From: a virus
Lineage: Duplodnaviria > Caudoviricetes
IMG/VR virus record: IMGVR_UViG_3300033067_002502
Coordinates: 1-64,000 of that record
Reading direction: 5' to 3' (one strand)
DNA length: 64,000 bases
The position numbers were made by a program, and so were the translations under genes. Within the stretch, counting starts at the first letter, position 1. Each line of letters opens with the position of its first letter. This document shows positions 46,873 through 55,589 of this stretch, in pieces. The notes under the pieces were generated by a model. The model was not told the origin of the DNA and did not search any database. It saw nothing but the letters and a program-made list of their open reading frames with translations.

Positions 46873-47618
46873 ATATTGCAATTTTGAATTTTGAAGTTCC
46901 GTGGATTGTTCTAGCATCTACGAGTTTAATTCGAGGATTTCTTAATAAATTCCCCAATAGTAATATTTATTTTTTTGTTTCTCAAGAAAGCTTTCCTGTT
47001 CTTCAGCATAATCAAAAAATACAAGTAATTAGCGGCTATACAAGTAATTTGCCTTTTTCTTTTGATCTTGTTGTAAATCTTTCGCCAACAATAGAATCTT
47101 CAAATTTTATGGCAGAATTAGATTCAAAAATAAAATTAGGTTTTATTGAATCTAGTGGTAATATCTCTTATTTAAACAAGGATGCAGAAGAATATTATGC
47201 TATTATGTACAATAGACTTCCTACAGAAAAAAACATATTTCAAGTTATCTATAAAATAGCAGGATTAACATGGAGAGGTGAGGGTTATGATTTAACTTAT
47301 TATCCTAAAAATAGAACTAATAAAAGAAGAACAGGAATAGCTGTATCTCATGAGGATCTTAGGCATTTTATTAAAAAAAATCTTACTTTAAGTATGTCTG
47401 AAATATGTAGCGTTCCAATAAGAAAAAATATATTCAAAAAAATGGATGAAATTAATAGATGTATGAATATTATTACGGATGATTTATTTATATTACACGC
47501 ATCTATTGCTCTTAGAAAGAATGTGGAATTTTTAGACACTACAGGCCTCTCTACCAAAATAGAATTTTTTGGAAAAGGGAATTACTACAGGATAAAAGAT
47601 GGAAGCTGGAAACTTTAA
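46869..47618 (+). CDS. GT9 (heptosyltransferase)-like protein, divergent
   Basis: VLASTSLIRGFLNKFPNSNIYF, FDLVVNL, IITDDLFILHASIALRK. Confidence 0.6.
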   Translation: MNIAILNFEVPWIVLASTSLIRGFLNKFPNSNIYFFVSQESFPVLQHNQKIQVISGYTSNLPFSFDLVVNLSPTIESSNFMAELDSKIKLGFIESSGNISYLNKDAEEYYAIMYNRLPTEKNIFQVIYKIAGLTWRGEGYDLTYYPKNRTNKRRTGIAVSHEDLRHFIKKNLTLSMSEICSVPIRKNIFKKMDEINRCMNIITDDLFILHASIALRKNVEFLDTTGLSTKIEFFGKGNYYRIKDGSWKL

Positions 47619-48429
47619 AAGTAAAAAAATAGAAATTAAAAGAGTTCATAATAATCCAAAGAAAAGAGTTTCTTACAATCCTTCTCTTTTTGGTTTTAAG
47701 GATTTGTCTGGAAATGGTAAGTTTGTAAGGGTTTGTTTAATTGATAGCGGAGTTCCTATTCATAAAGACATTACTGTAGATGAATATAAGAGTTATAATT
47801 TTACACAAAGCGGTAGTGTTAGAGATGTTTTTGGTCACTCAACGGCACTTTCTGGAATAATCGCAGCAAATGGTAATGGAGGAATAAAGGGCTTTGCTCC
47901 AGAAACAGACTTGTATTTTGCTAAGTCTTTATTAGATAGTAATGGAGAGGGGGATTTTGATTCTGTTATAAAATCTTTACTTTGGGCTATTACTAGAGAT
48001 GTTGATATTATTCTTATGGCTTTTGGATCTTCTATTGAACACGAAGGAATTCATGATGCTATTAAAAAAGTTTATAAAAAAGGAATATCAATGTTTGCAG
48101 CTTGTGGAAATTGTACAGTTAGAACGAAAGATGCAGATTTTCCAGCAAGATATAGTGAAGTTTTTTCTGTTGGATATTCTAATAGTATAATTAATAATGA
48201 AGTAGTTAAAATTGATGGCAAATCAAAAGGAGTTATTCTTCCTTATCAGGATTTTGAAACAACTTTTACTAATTCAAAGTTTGCAACAATGGAAGGTAGT
48301 AGTTTATTTTCTGCTGCTATTTCTGGTATAGCTGTTCTTGTTTTTCAAAATATGAGACATAAAGGCTTAGATGTAAAAAATCCTCAGATTGTATACAATG
48401 AAATAGGAAGACTTGCTGTTAGTGAATAA
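47599..48429 (+). CDS. subtilisin-like S8 peptidase
   Basis: LIDSGV (Asp), GHSTALSGIIAA (His), ACGN, EGSSLFSAAISG (Ser). Confidence 0.85.
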   Translation: MEAGNFKSKKIEIKRVHNNPKKRVSYNPSLFGFKDLSGNGKFVRVCLIDSGVPIHKDITVDEYKSYNFTQSGSVRDVFGHSTALSGIIAANGNGGIKGFAPETDLYFAKSLLDSNGEGDFDSVIKSLLWAITRDVDIILMAFGSSIEHEGIHDAIKKVYKKGISMFAACGNCTVRTKDADFPARYSEVFSVGYSNSIINNEVVKIDGKSKGVILPYQDFETTFTNSKFATMEGSSLFSAAISGIAVLVFQNMRHKGLDVKNPQIVYNEIGRLAVSE

Positions 48430-48446
48430 TTGGAGACTTTTTATTA

Positions 48447-49082
48447 ATGCCACATGTACCTCGTAATAAATGTTTTTATCCTGATGCAAGTTTTGTATTC
48501 TTTACTCCATCTAATCCTTTAGATTGGACATCGAATCCAGGTACTGTTCAATTAGCTTTGGACGAATTAGGAGAAAGATCTGGAGTTGGATCAGGAAGTG
48601 GTGTTTCTGGTTTTAGTGGTTATAGTGGATATTCAGGAAGTGGCATTTCTGGATATTCAGGCTTTAGCGGTATATCTGGATATAGTGGTATTTCAGGATA
48701 TTCAGGATATTCAGGAAGCGGTATTTCAGGATATTCAGGATATTCAGGCTATAGTGGAGATAGAGGAGATGCAGGTGTTGGTCTTGATGGAGATTCTGGA
48801 TATTCAGGTATTTCTGGTTTTAGTGGTTATAGTGGCTATTCAGGATATAGTGGTATTTCCGGCTATTCAGGAAGCGGTATTTCTGGTTTTAGTGGTATTT
48901 CCGGCTATTCAGGTTTTAGTGGAATTTCTGGTTATTCTGGATTTAGCGGAATTTCAGGATATAGTGGATATTCAGGAAGTGGTATTTCAGGTTATTCAGG
49001 ATATAGCGGTATATCTGGATATTCTGGTTATAGTGGTTCACCTGGATCTTCTGCGATTTTTATGAATAGGAATTTTATTTAA
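48447..49082 (+). CDS. Ser-Gly-X collagen-like repeat virion protein
   Basis: (SGY/SGI/SGF)n; N-terminal TVQLALDEL fibre-type motif. Confidence 0.75.
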   Translation: MPHVPRNKCFYPDASFVFFTPSNPLDWTSNPGTVQLALDELGERSGVGSGSGVSGFSGYSGYSGSGISGYSGFSGISGYSGISGYSGYSGSGISGYSGYSGYSGDRGDAGVGLDGDSGYSGISGFSGYSGYSGYSGISGYSGSGISGFSGISGYSGFSGISGYSGFSGISGYSGYSGSGISGYSGYSGISGYSGYSGSPGSSAIFMNRNFI

Positions 49083-49108
49083 ATATTAGTAATAGGAGTT
49101 TTATATAA

Positions 49109-49504
49109 ATGGCAGCAAATACAAATCCAATTTTTACCCTTACGAGTGTTTCAAAACCTGTATCAATGACAGCAACAGCAAATACAAGTCGTACTGTTTT
49201 TGCAACAGGAACAGATCTTTATACTGCAGGAACTAATGGCTCATTAATAGAAAGAATTAAATTCGAAGCAACAGCAACAACTACAGCAGGTGTTTTGAGG
49301 GTTTGGATTTACGATAGTTCTTCGTATTTTATGATTGATGAGATTCTTGTAACAGCGATTGTTCCTTCCTCAACAGTTGCTTCTTTTACTTCGGTATGGA
49401 CTCCTCCAGGAGGGTATTTACTTCTTCCTAATACTTATAAAATATCAGCTACAACACACAATGCAGAAGCTTTTAATGCTCTTGTTATGGGTGGAGAATT
49501 CTAA
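49109..49504 (+). CDS. putative virion structural protein
   Basis: MAANTNPIF start, T-rich, AGGAG RBS. Confidence 0.6.
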   Translation: MAANTNPIFTLTSVSKPVSMTATANTSRTVFATGTDLYTAGTNGSLIERIKFEATATTTAGVLRVWIYDSSSYFMIDEILVTAIVPSSTVASFTSVWTPPGGYLLLPNTYKISATTHNAEAFNALVMGGEF

Positions 49505-49507
49505 AAT

Positions 49508-49915
49508 ATGCAAAAAGGAATGTTTCATCATGGAGAAGGAGGAGTAGTAGGTCATCATAGAACTATGACTATTTCTTTTGGTGATGGATTAAATGTTCCA
49601 TCAACAGGAACTAAATCATACTTGCCTAGATGCTGTATTCGAGGAACTCTTCTTAATTGGTCGATAGTTGCAGATGCAAGCGGTTCAGCAACAATAGATG
49701 TTCAAAAAGCAATAGGCAATTCTTCTCCAACTTTTGCTTCTATGGTTGGAAGCGGAACTCCTCCAACCCTTTCAAGCGTTCAAGCAAATATAAATAATGC
49801 ACTAATTGGATGGAAAGATTCTTCGTTTGTAGAAACAGATATGTTAATGTTTAATCTTCTTACAGTTACGACTTGTAAAAAAATTACATTAACTATAGAA
49901 TATAAGATAGATTAA
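49508..49915 (+). CDS. putative virion fibre-associated protein
   Basis: Beta-rich; WSIVADASGSATIDVQK. Confidence 0.55.
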   Translation: MQKGMFHHGEGGVVGHHRTMTISFGDGLNVPSTGTKSYLPRCCIRGTLLNWSIVADASGSATIDVQKAIGNSSPTFASMVGSGTPPTLSSVQANINNALIGWKDSSFVETDMLMFNLLTVTTCKKITLTIEYKID

Positions 49916-49917
49916 AT

Positions 49918-51273
49918 ATGGCATTAACCGTTTTCCCAACAGTTAGAATTAATTCATCATCAACAGATACTGACACAACAGCTTCTGGTGCTGGTCCTAC
50001 TACCGCTATATTAGGAACCTGCGCAACCGTTACAAATTCTACAACTATTACTTTAAACAACAGTGGGGCTGTAAATCTTTCAACAATAACAGCTCAAGAC
50101 GGTTCTAATTTATTATGGGTTAGCGGTCTTGGATATAATAGAATAAGTACGTTTGATGACGCAACAGATACTGTTGTTGTTGAAACAGCAATGACTATTA
50201 CTGTTGGTACTGCGTGGGCTATCGGAGGGACTCTACCTAGTCTTAATGGAACTGAAGCTCGCAGACTTTTTGCAGCAACATCTGGTCCTTCAACAAATTT
50301 TGGAGCAACAGGGCAGTGGACTATTTCTTTACAATCAAATGATACAATCAGCACAACAATTACTTCTGCATTTACAACAGGAAACGGTTGGCTTGATTTA
50401 AAATCCAGTACACCTGGAACATTAAGAACTCTAACTCAAAGCGCAAGTGCTACTCATTTTACTCAAAATACAGTAAATAAATTTAGGTGTACTGATATAA
50501 ATTTTTTAAATTCCAATGCAACTCCTTTAGAAGCATTTACTATTTCAGCTAGCAATAATTTAGCTCTTATTCACTGTTTAGTTGGGAATTCTGCAGGAAC
50601 TAATTGTCCTAAAAGTGCAGTAATTAGAACAAATGGAACTCCTACTGTTTATTTAATAGATACTTGTGTATTAAGAACAACAAGTCACGGTTATACTGCT
50701 TTTTCCGTTCTTTATGCAAGTGGATCTGAAATTAGTAGAAGCGGAGGTAGTGGTATTACTGGAGTTGTAAGTAGTTCTACTCTTGTAAATTGTATAGTTT
50801 CTCATAATAGCGGAGATGGTCTTAATACATCAGGTATTCCTATTTTAATAAATAATACAATACACGGAAATACAGGAGATGGTGTTGAATTAACAACAGC
50901 AAATCAATCAGCTGCTGTTGTTCTTAATAATCAAATAACAAAAAATGGCGGCTGGGGAATAAATATGAGTAGTACTGTTCCTCATCATGGAATGGTTGAG
51001 TATAACAATTTTGGGAACGCTAGTGATTCTACAAACAATACTTCTGGAACTGCTAATAATTTTACACTTTCATCAACTAACACAACCGTATCTCCTCAGT
51101 ATGTAGACGCATCTAATACTGTTAGAAATTTTACAGTTGGATTTAATTGTACAGCAACAGGATTCCCTCCTTCAACTGCAACTCTTGCTGCAAACCAATC
51201 AGGTTCTACGACTTATATGGATCAAGGAGCTGTGCAAGGGAAGCACGGTACTCCTTCTTTTGCGTCGATGTAA
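49918..51273 (+). CDS. virion fibre/spike protein with right-handed beta-helix
   Basis: NCIVSHNSGDG, NNTIHGNTGDG, NNQITKNGGWG repeats. Confidence 0.7.
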   Translation: MALTVFPTVRINSSSTDTDTTASGAGPTTAILGTCATVTNSTTITLNNSGAVNLSTITAQDGSNLLWVSGLGYNRISTFDDATDTVVVETAMTITVGTAWAIGGTLPSLNGTEARRLFAATSGPSTNFGATGQWTISLQSNDTISTTITSAFTTGNGWLDLKSSTPGTLRTLTQSASATHFTQNTVNKFRCTDINFLNSNATPLEAFTISASNNLALIHCLVGNSAGTNCPKSAVIRTNGTPTVYLIDTCVLRTTSHGYTAFSVLYASGSEISRSGGSGITGVVSSSTLVNCIVSHNSGDGLNTSGIPILINNTIHGNTGDGVELTTANQSAAVVLNNQITKNGGWGINMSSTVPHHGMVEYNNFGNASDSTNNTSGTANNFTLSSTNTTVSPQYVDASNTVRNFTVGFNCTATGFPPSTATLAANQSGSTTYMDQGAVQGKHGTPSFASM

Positions 51274-51289
51274 TATAAAAGGAAAACAA

Positions 51290-52282
51290 ATGCCTAAGTC
51301 TTTAGCGATATCAATAAATTTAGGAACAGGTTATAGTGGATTGAGTTTATATGCTCAATTAATAAGAACTAACGGAGAAAATATTACAGAATTTCTTTCT
51401 GATGGTTTTTATGAAGTAGGAAACGGTTTTTATATATGGGAATATGCTCTTTTTCCTGATAATTTTAGAGGCGGAGTAAAATTCTATAACCAGTCTGATA
51501 CTTCTAAAGTTCTTATTTTTAAAGATATAACAACAGAAGAATCTGTAGGTTGTTGTTCTAACGAAGAGTGTAATGGAGAAGTTGGTAGCACTTTTGATAT
51601 TACTTATAGCGATCAACCGAATCTTAATTTTTATGCTTTATTATTTTCTGCTGAAGATTCAACAAAAGCCTGGAATCCTTCTACAAATACTTTTGAAACA
51701 TACTCTTTATCAACTCATTCTTCTTTTTCAATGACATTAGTACAAGATTCAAATCGTTTAGGTTGGTATTCTTATTCAATAATAGATATTAAAAATATTC
51801 CTTTTGTTATTGGAAATCAATATTATTTTATAGAAGTTTGGAAGAAAATTAATTCAACTCCAGATAGAACAACAGATATCAATACAGGAACACTTAGAGT
51901 TTGTTGGGGAAAGGAAATTGGAGATTGGATGGAAATAGCAAAAAATGTTTGGGAATATGGAACAAGAACGTTAACTGATTTCCAAGGAATAACTCCTAAA
52001 CAAATTTGGGAATACTCTACAAGAACTCTTACAGAAGGAGGCAGTTGTGATTATGCAGAACTTGAAAAGAGTATTTTGTCTGCAATTAAAATCTCAACAG
52101 GACTAACTCTTGCTGAATTAGAAAAAGTAAATAAAGAACTTGGAGATAGTATCAGTAAAACATTTTCTCTTTTACAAACGTGTTGTAGTTCTAGGGTTTC
52201 AATTCCTCCAAAAGTTCAAAATCCAAGGATAGGACAAAAGGGATCATCAAGCAGCGGTTCTAATATTAAATTTGGTCAATAA
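51290..52282 (+). CDS. putative structural protein with Ig-like N-terminal domain
   Basis: AAAGGA RBS before MPKS; WEYxTRTLT x2; N-terminal domain similar to 61293..61700. Confidence 0.6.
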   Translation: MPKSLAISINLGTGYSGLSLYAQLIRTNGENITEFLSDGFYEVGNGFYIWEYALFPDNFRGGVKFYNQSDTSKVLIFKDITTEESVGCCSNEECNGEVGSTFDITYSDQPNLNFYALLFSAEDSTKAWNPSTNTFETYSLSTHSSFSMTLVQDSNRLGWYSYSIIDIKNIPFVIGNQYYFIEVWKKINSTPDRTTDINTGTLRVCWGKEIGDWMEIAKNVWEYGTRTLTDFQGITPKQIWEYSTRTLTEGGSCDYAELEKSILSAIKISTGLTLAELEKVNKELGDSISKTFSLLQTCCSSRVSIPPKVQNPRIGQKGSSSSGSNIKFGQ

Positions 52283-52298
52283 ATTTGGAAATGGAATA

Positions 52299-52940
52299 AT
52301 GGAAAAAGATAGTGTAAATTTTGTTTATAGAAATAAAAATATATCAATTAATATAATTGATAAAAAAGAATATATTGGTAATTATATCAATCATAATAAA
52401 AATTTTTATGAAATTGAGCTTTTAGAACAAATATATAGTTTAAACAAAAATCACAACACTATATTAGATATAGGATCTAATATAGGAAACCATGTTGTTT
52501 ATTTTGAAAATTTTATTTCATATAAAAAAATGTTTTGTTTTGAACCTCAAAAATTAAATTATGAAAAACTGTGTAGTAATATATACAGAAGCGATACTGT
52601 TGCTTTTAATGTAGCTTTGAGTGATAGCTTTGGAAAGGGAAGTCTTGTAAAAAAAGAAGAATTCAATAGTGGCACATATCAACTTGTTGGTGGAAAAGAA
52701 GTAGATGTTTTGCCTTTAGATTATTTTAATTTCAAAGATGTTACTTTGTTGAAAATTGACGTAGAAGGTCACGAGCTTAGAGTTCTAAATGGTGCTTTAA
52801 ATACAATAAAAACGTGTAAACCAATAATATACATGGAAGTTGCAGACGAAGAAGCTTCTGATTTATTAATAGAAATAGGATATAAAAAGGATTTTGTTTT
52901 TTGGTATGGTCCTTCCCCTACTTATCGTTTTGTTATTTAA
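52299..52940 (+). CDS. FkbM-family methyltransferase
   Basis: LDIGSNIGNH, FEPQ, LLKIDVEGHELRVLNGA. Confidence 0.92.
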   Translation: MEKDSVNFVYRNKNISINIIDKKEYIGNYINHNKNFYEIELLEQIYSLNKNHNTILDIGSNIGNHVVYFENFISYKKMFCFEPQKLNYEKLCSNIYRSDTVAFNVALSDSFGKGSLVKKEEFNSGTYQLVGGKEVDVLPLDYFNFKDVTLLKIDVEGHELRVLNGALNTIKTCKPIIYMEVADEEASDLLIEIGYKKDFVFWYGPSPTYRFVI

Positions 52941-52954
52941 GAAAGATTTATAAA

Positions 52955-55069
52955 ATGCAAGATATTGAAATAACAGTAGAGATAAGCACTAAAGACAGAT
53001 ATTTTACAACTCTCCCTATGTGCTTAGCAAGTATTGCTAATCAGACGTATAAGCCTAAAAAAATACTTATATTTGATGATGGAGAGCATAAAGACCTAAG
53101 ACAAGAGCCTATTTATATTAATTTATTTGCTTTGTATCAATCAAAAGGTATTGAATTTGAAGTTATTTTTGGTCAAAAAAAGGGGCAAGTTCATAATCAT
53201 CAAGCGGCTATTTATTTAGCAAAAACAGATTGGATTTGGAGGTGCTTTAGAGGTAATCAAAAAGTAGAAACGATTAATGGTTTAAAAAATATAAGAGATA
53301 TAGAAATTGGAGAGTTAGTAAAAACTCATAAAGGAAGATATAAAAAAGTTATAAGAACATATAAACAAGATTATGAGCCTAAAAAAGAATTGCTTTGGAT
53401 TTATACAAAAAATTCTGTTATAAAGTGTACCCCAGATCATCCTTTTTTAATCTTAAAAGATAATAAAAGAGTATGGACTAAAGCTTCTAATTTAAATGAA
53501 AGCTCTATTTTACTTTATCCTTGTTCTGATAAAAAAGATGAAATAAATTTTGACTGTTTTGGAAGAGGAGCAAAATACAATAAATTGCTACATTATTCTG
53601 GAAAAAACTTTAAAAATGAATATTTTGGCAAATTTAGTGTTGATGAAGATTTGGCTAGATTTTTTGGATTATATCTTGCCGAGGGCTGCGGAGGACATGA
53701 CTCTATTAGATTTACCTTTAATAATAAAGAAAAAGAATTTATTGATTTTATAATTAAAGTTTGTAAAGAAAAATTCAATAGAAATCCTACCGTTCATTCA
53801 AGATGGGCAACCTGTGTAAAATTAAATATACGAAGTTTTGCGAAAAAATTTACTGAATGGTTTGGAGATGATGCAACAAATAAAAAAGTACCTGATTTTG
53901 TTTTTGATTGGTCTTTAAAGAATAAATTGGCCTTTTTACAAGGATATCTTGATGGAGATGGATGGCAAAATCAAAAGATGTATCGCTTTGGAACTGCTAG
54001 TAAGGATTTATTTAATGGTATAAAAAAATTATGCATAGAAAGCGGATTAGACTGTACTGATGCTCACGAGACAGGTCCAAAAGAGACACAAAGTTTGGGT
54101 GTAAAAATAAAATCAAGCGGATGTCTTTCTGGAGCTATAAGTTCTATTGGTTATAGTAAAATGCAAGATATAATACAATCAAAGATTGTTGACAATTGTT
54201 GTATTATACCTATTAATAGGATTGAAAATAAAAAAATGCCAACAGTTAACTGGAAAGACGATCAGTATGTTTATAATCTTGAAGTTGAAGAGGATAATTC
54301 TTATATTGTAGGTCCGTGTATTTGTCATAATTGCGATGATGATGATTTTCCAGAACCTAATTGTCTTGAAGAAATGATTAAAAGCATAAATGAAGAAGTT
54401 GGGGCAATAGGGCCTCTTGTTTTAGATCCAAAAGAAAAAATAATGAATAGTGAAATATGTTCTAGTAAAATAGAGCATATTTATACTCATATGAACATTC
54501 AATGGTCTAATCTTAAAGAAATAAAAGAAGTAGATCATCTTAATAATACTTTTTTGTTTAGAAAAAAAGCAGCATTAGATGCCGGTGGGTATTGTTTAGA
54601 CTTAAGCCCTGTTGGTCACAGAGAAGAGACTTTATTTACATATCAAATTAAAAGAGATGGCTATAAAGTGCTAGTGAATCCAGGTGCTATTGTTTGGCAC
54701 TTAAGGAATCCAAGTGGAGGAATTAGATCTTATGAGCATTCTTTTTTTTGGGAACATGACGAAAAAGTATTTTTACAAAAATTAAGAGATTTTGGAGTAA
54801 AAATAGATAAATTAATTATCTTAAATTGCGGTCTTGGGGATCATTTTGCATTTAAAATGATATTACCTGAATTAAAAAATAGATACAATTTAACTTTATC
54901 TGTTTGCTATCCAGAAGTTTTTAAGAATGACGATGATTTAAATATTATTTCAATACAAGATGCTATGAAAATTGAAAAAAGCATAGACAACCATAGTGTT
55001 TATTTATTTATGATTAAAAATAATTGGAAAGGAACGATTGTTGACGCTTTTAGAAAGATGTTATTATGA
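52955..55069 (+). CDS. GT2 (GT-A) glycosyltransferase with intein; C-terminal GT9-like fragment
   Basis: STKDR, SIANQT, IFDDG, spliced WIWR|CDDDD, HREET, VWHL; C-terminal GLGDHF. Confidence 0.85.
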   Translation: MQDIEITVEISTKDRYFTTLPMCLASIANQTYKPKKILIFDDGEHKDLRQEPIYINLFALYQSKGIEFEVIFGQKKGQVHNHQAAIYLAKTDWIWRCFRGNQKVETINGLKNIRDIEIGELVKTHKGRYKKVIRTYKQDYEPKKELLWIYTKNSVIKCTPDHPFLILKDNKRVWTKASNLNESSILLYPCSDKKDEINFDCFGRGAKYNKLLHYSGKNFKNEYFGKFSVDEDLARFFGLYLAEGCGGHDSIRFTFNNKEKEFIDFIIKVCKEKFNRNPTVHSRWATCVKLNIRSFAKKFTEWFGDDATNKKVPDFVFDWSLKNKLAFLQGYLDGDGWQNQKMYRFGTASKDLFNGIKKLCIESGLDCTDAHETGPKETQSLGVKIKSSGCLSGAISSIGYSKMQDIIQSKIVDNCCIIPINRIENKKMPTVNWKDDQYVYNLEVEEDNSYIVGPCICHNCDDDDFPEPNCLEEMIKSINEEVGAIGPLVLDPKEKIMNSEICSSKIEHIYTHMNIQWSNLKEIKEVDHLNNTFLFRKKAALDAGGYCLDLSPVGHREETLFTYQIKRDGYKVLVNPGAIVWHLRNPSGGIRSYEHSFFWEHDEKVFLQKLRDFGVKIDKLIILNCGLGDHFAFKMILPELKNRYNLTLSVCYPEVFKNDDDLNIISIQDAMKIEKSIDNHSVYLFMIKNNWKGTIVDAFRKMLL
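53243..54331 (+). mobile_element. glycosyltransferase intein (363 aa, LAGLIDADG)
   Basis: CFRGNQKV, CTPDHPF, GLYLAEG, GYLDGDG, VYNLEVEEDNSY...CHN|C. Confidence 0.93.
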
Positions 55070-55524
55070 AAAAAATATTAATTAGTCCTTATTCTAGAAA
55101 ACTTCGCAAAGAAGGTAAAAATCCTAAAAATTTCCCTTATTGGACTGATGTTGTTGCAAAACTAAGAGAAAGAGGTTTTTATATAATACAGATTGGTATA
55201 AAAGGAGAAGATCTTATTGGAGCTGATGAGGTAAAATTTGATTTACAATTAGAAAGTTTAAAAGAAGAATTAAATGATTGTTTTACTTGGATTAGTGTTG
55301 ATAATTTTTTTAATCATTTTGCAAGTTTTTACAGAAAGAAAGGAATTGTTATTTTTGGAAAATCTGATCCAAATATCTTTGGGTATGAAGAAAATATCAA
55401 TTTACTAAAAGATAGAAAATATCTTCGTTCAAATCAGTTTGATATATGGGAAAATGAAACTTATTCTGAAGAAGTTTTTATAAATACAGATGTTGTTATT
55501 GTTTCTGTAGAGTCTATTGTTTGA
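55066..55524 (+). CDS. GT9 C-terminal-domain-like protein
   Basis: KNFPYW, IIQIG, ISVDNFFNHFA, GIVIFGKSDPNIFGY. Confidence 0.7.
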   Translation: MKKILISPYSRKLRKEGKNPKNFPYWTDVVAKLRERGFYIIQIGIKGEDLIGADEVKFDLQLESLKEELNDCFTWISVDNFFNHFASFYRKKGIVIFGKSDPNIFGYEENINLLKDRKYLRSNQFDIWENETYSEEVFINTDVVIVSVESIV

Positions 55525-55589
55525 AACAAGGACTTATATATTAATTATAGTAATAAATAACTAGGTTTATTAAAAAAGGGAGTTTTGCG

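Noticed and set aside
48590-49040. Repeat arrays as possible CRISPR or DGR template/variable repeats
   Set aside because: They are in-frame coding 9-bp-period repeats without spacers. No cas or reverse transcriptase gene is present, and the 74-bp duplicate shows no adenine-specific differences.
48586-49065. Alternative-frame ORFs over the SG repeats (also 56065..56370, 55625..55822 and the 57496..57813 extension)
   Set aside because: The triplet repeat lacks stops in other frames. The real downstream start is 57814 with a GGAG RBS, and I saw no slippery site to support a programmed frameshift.
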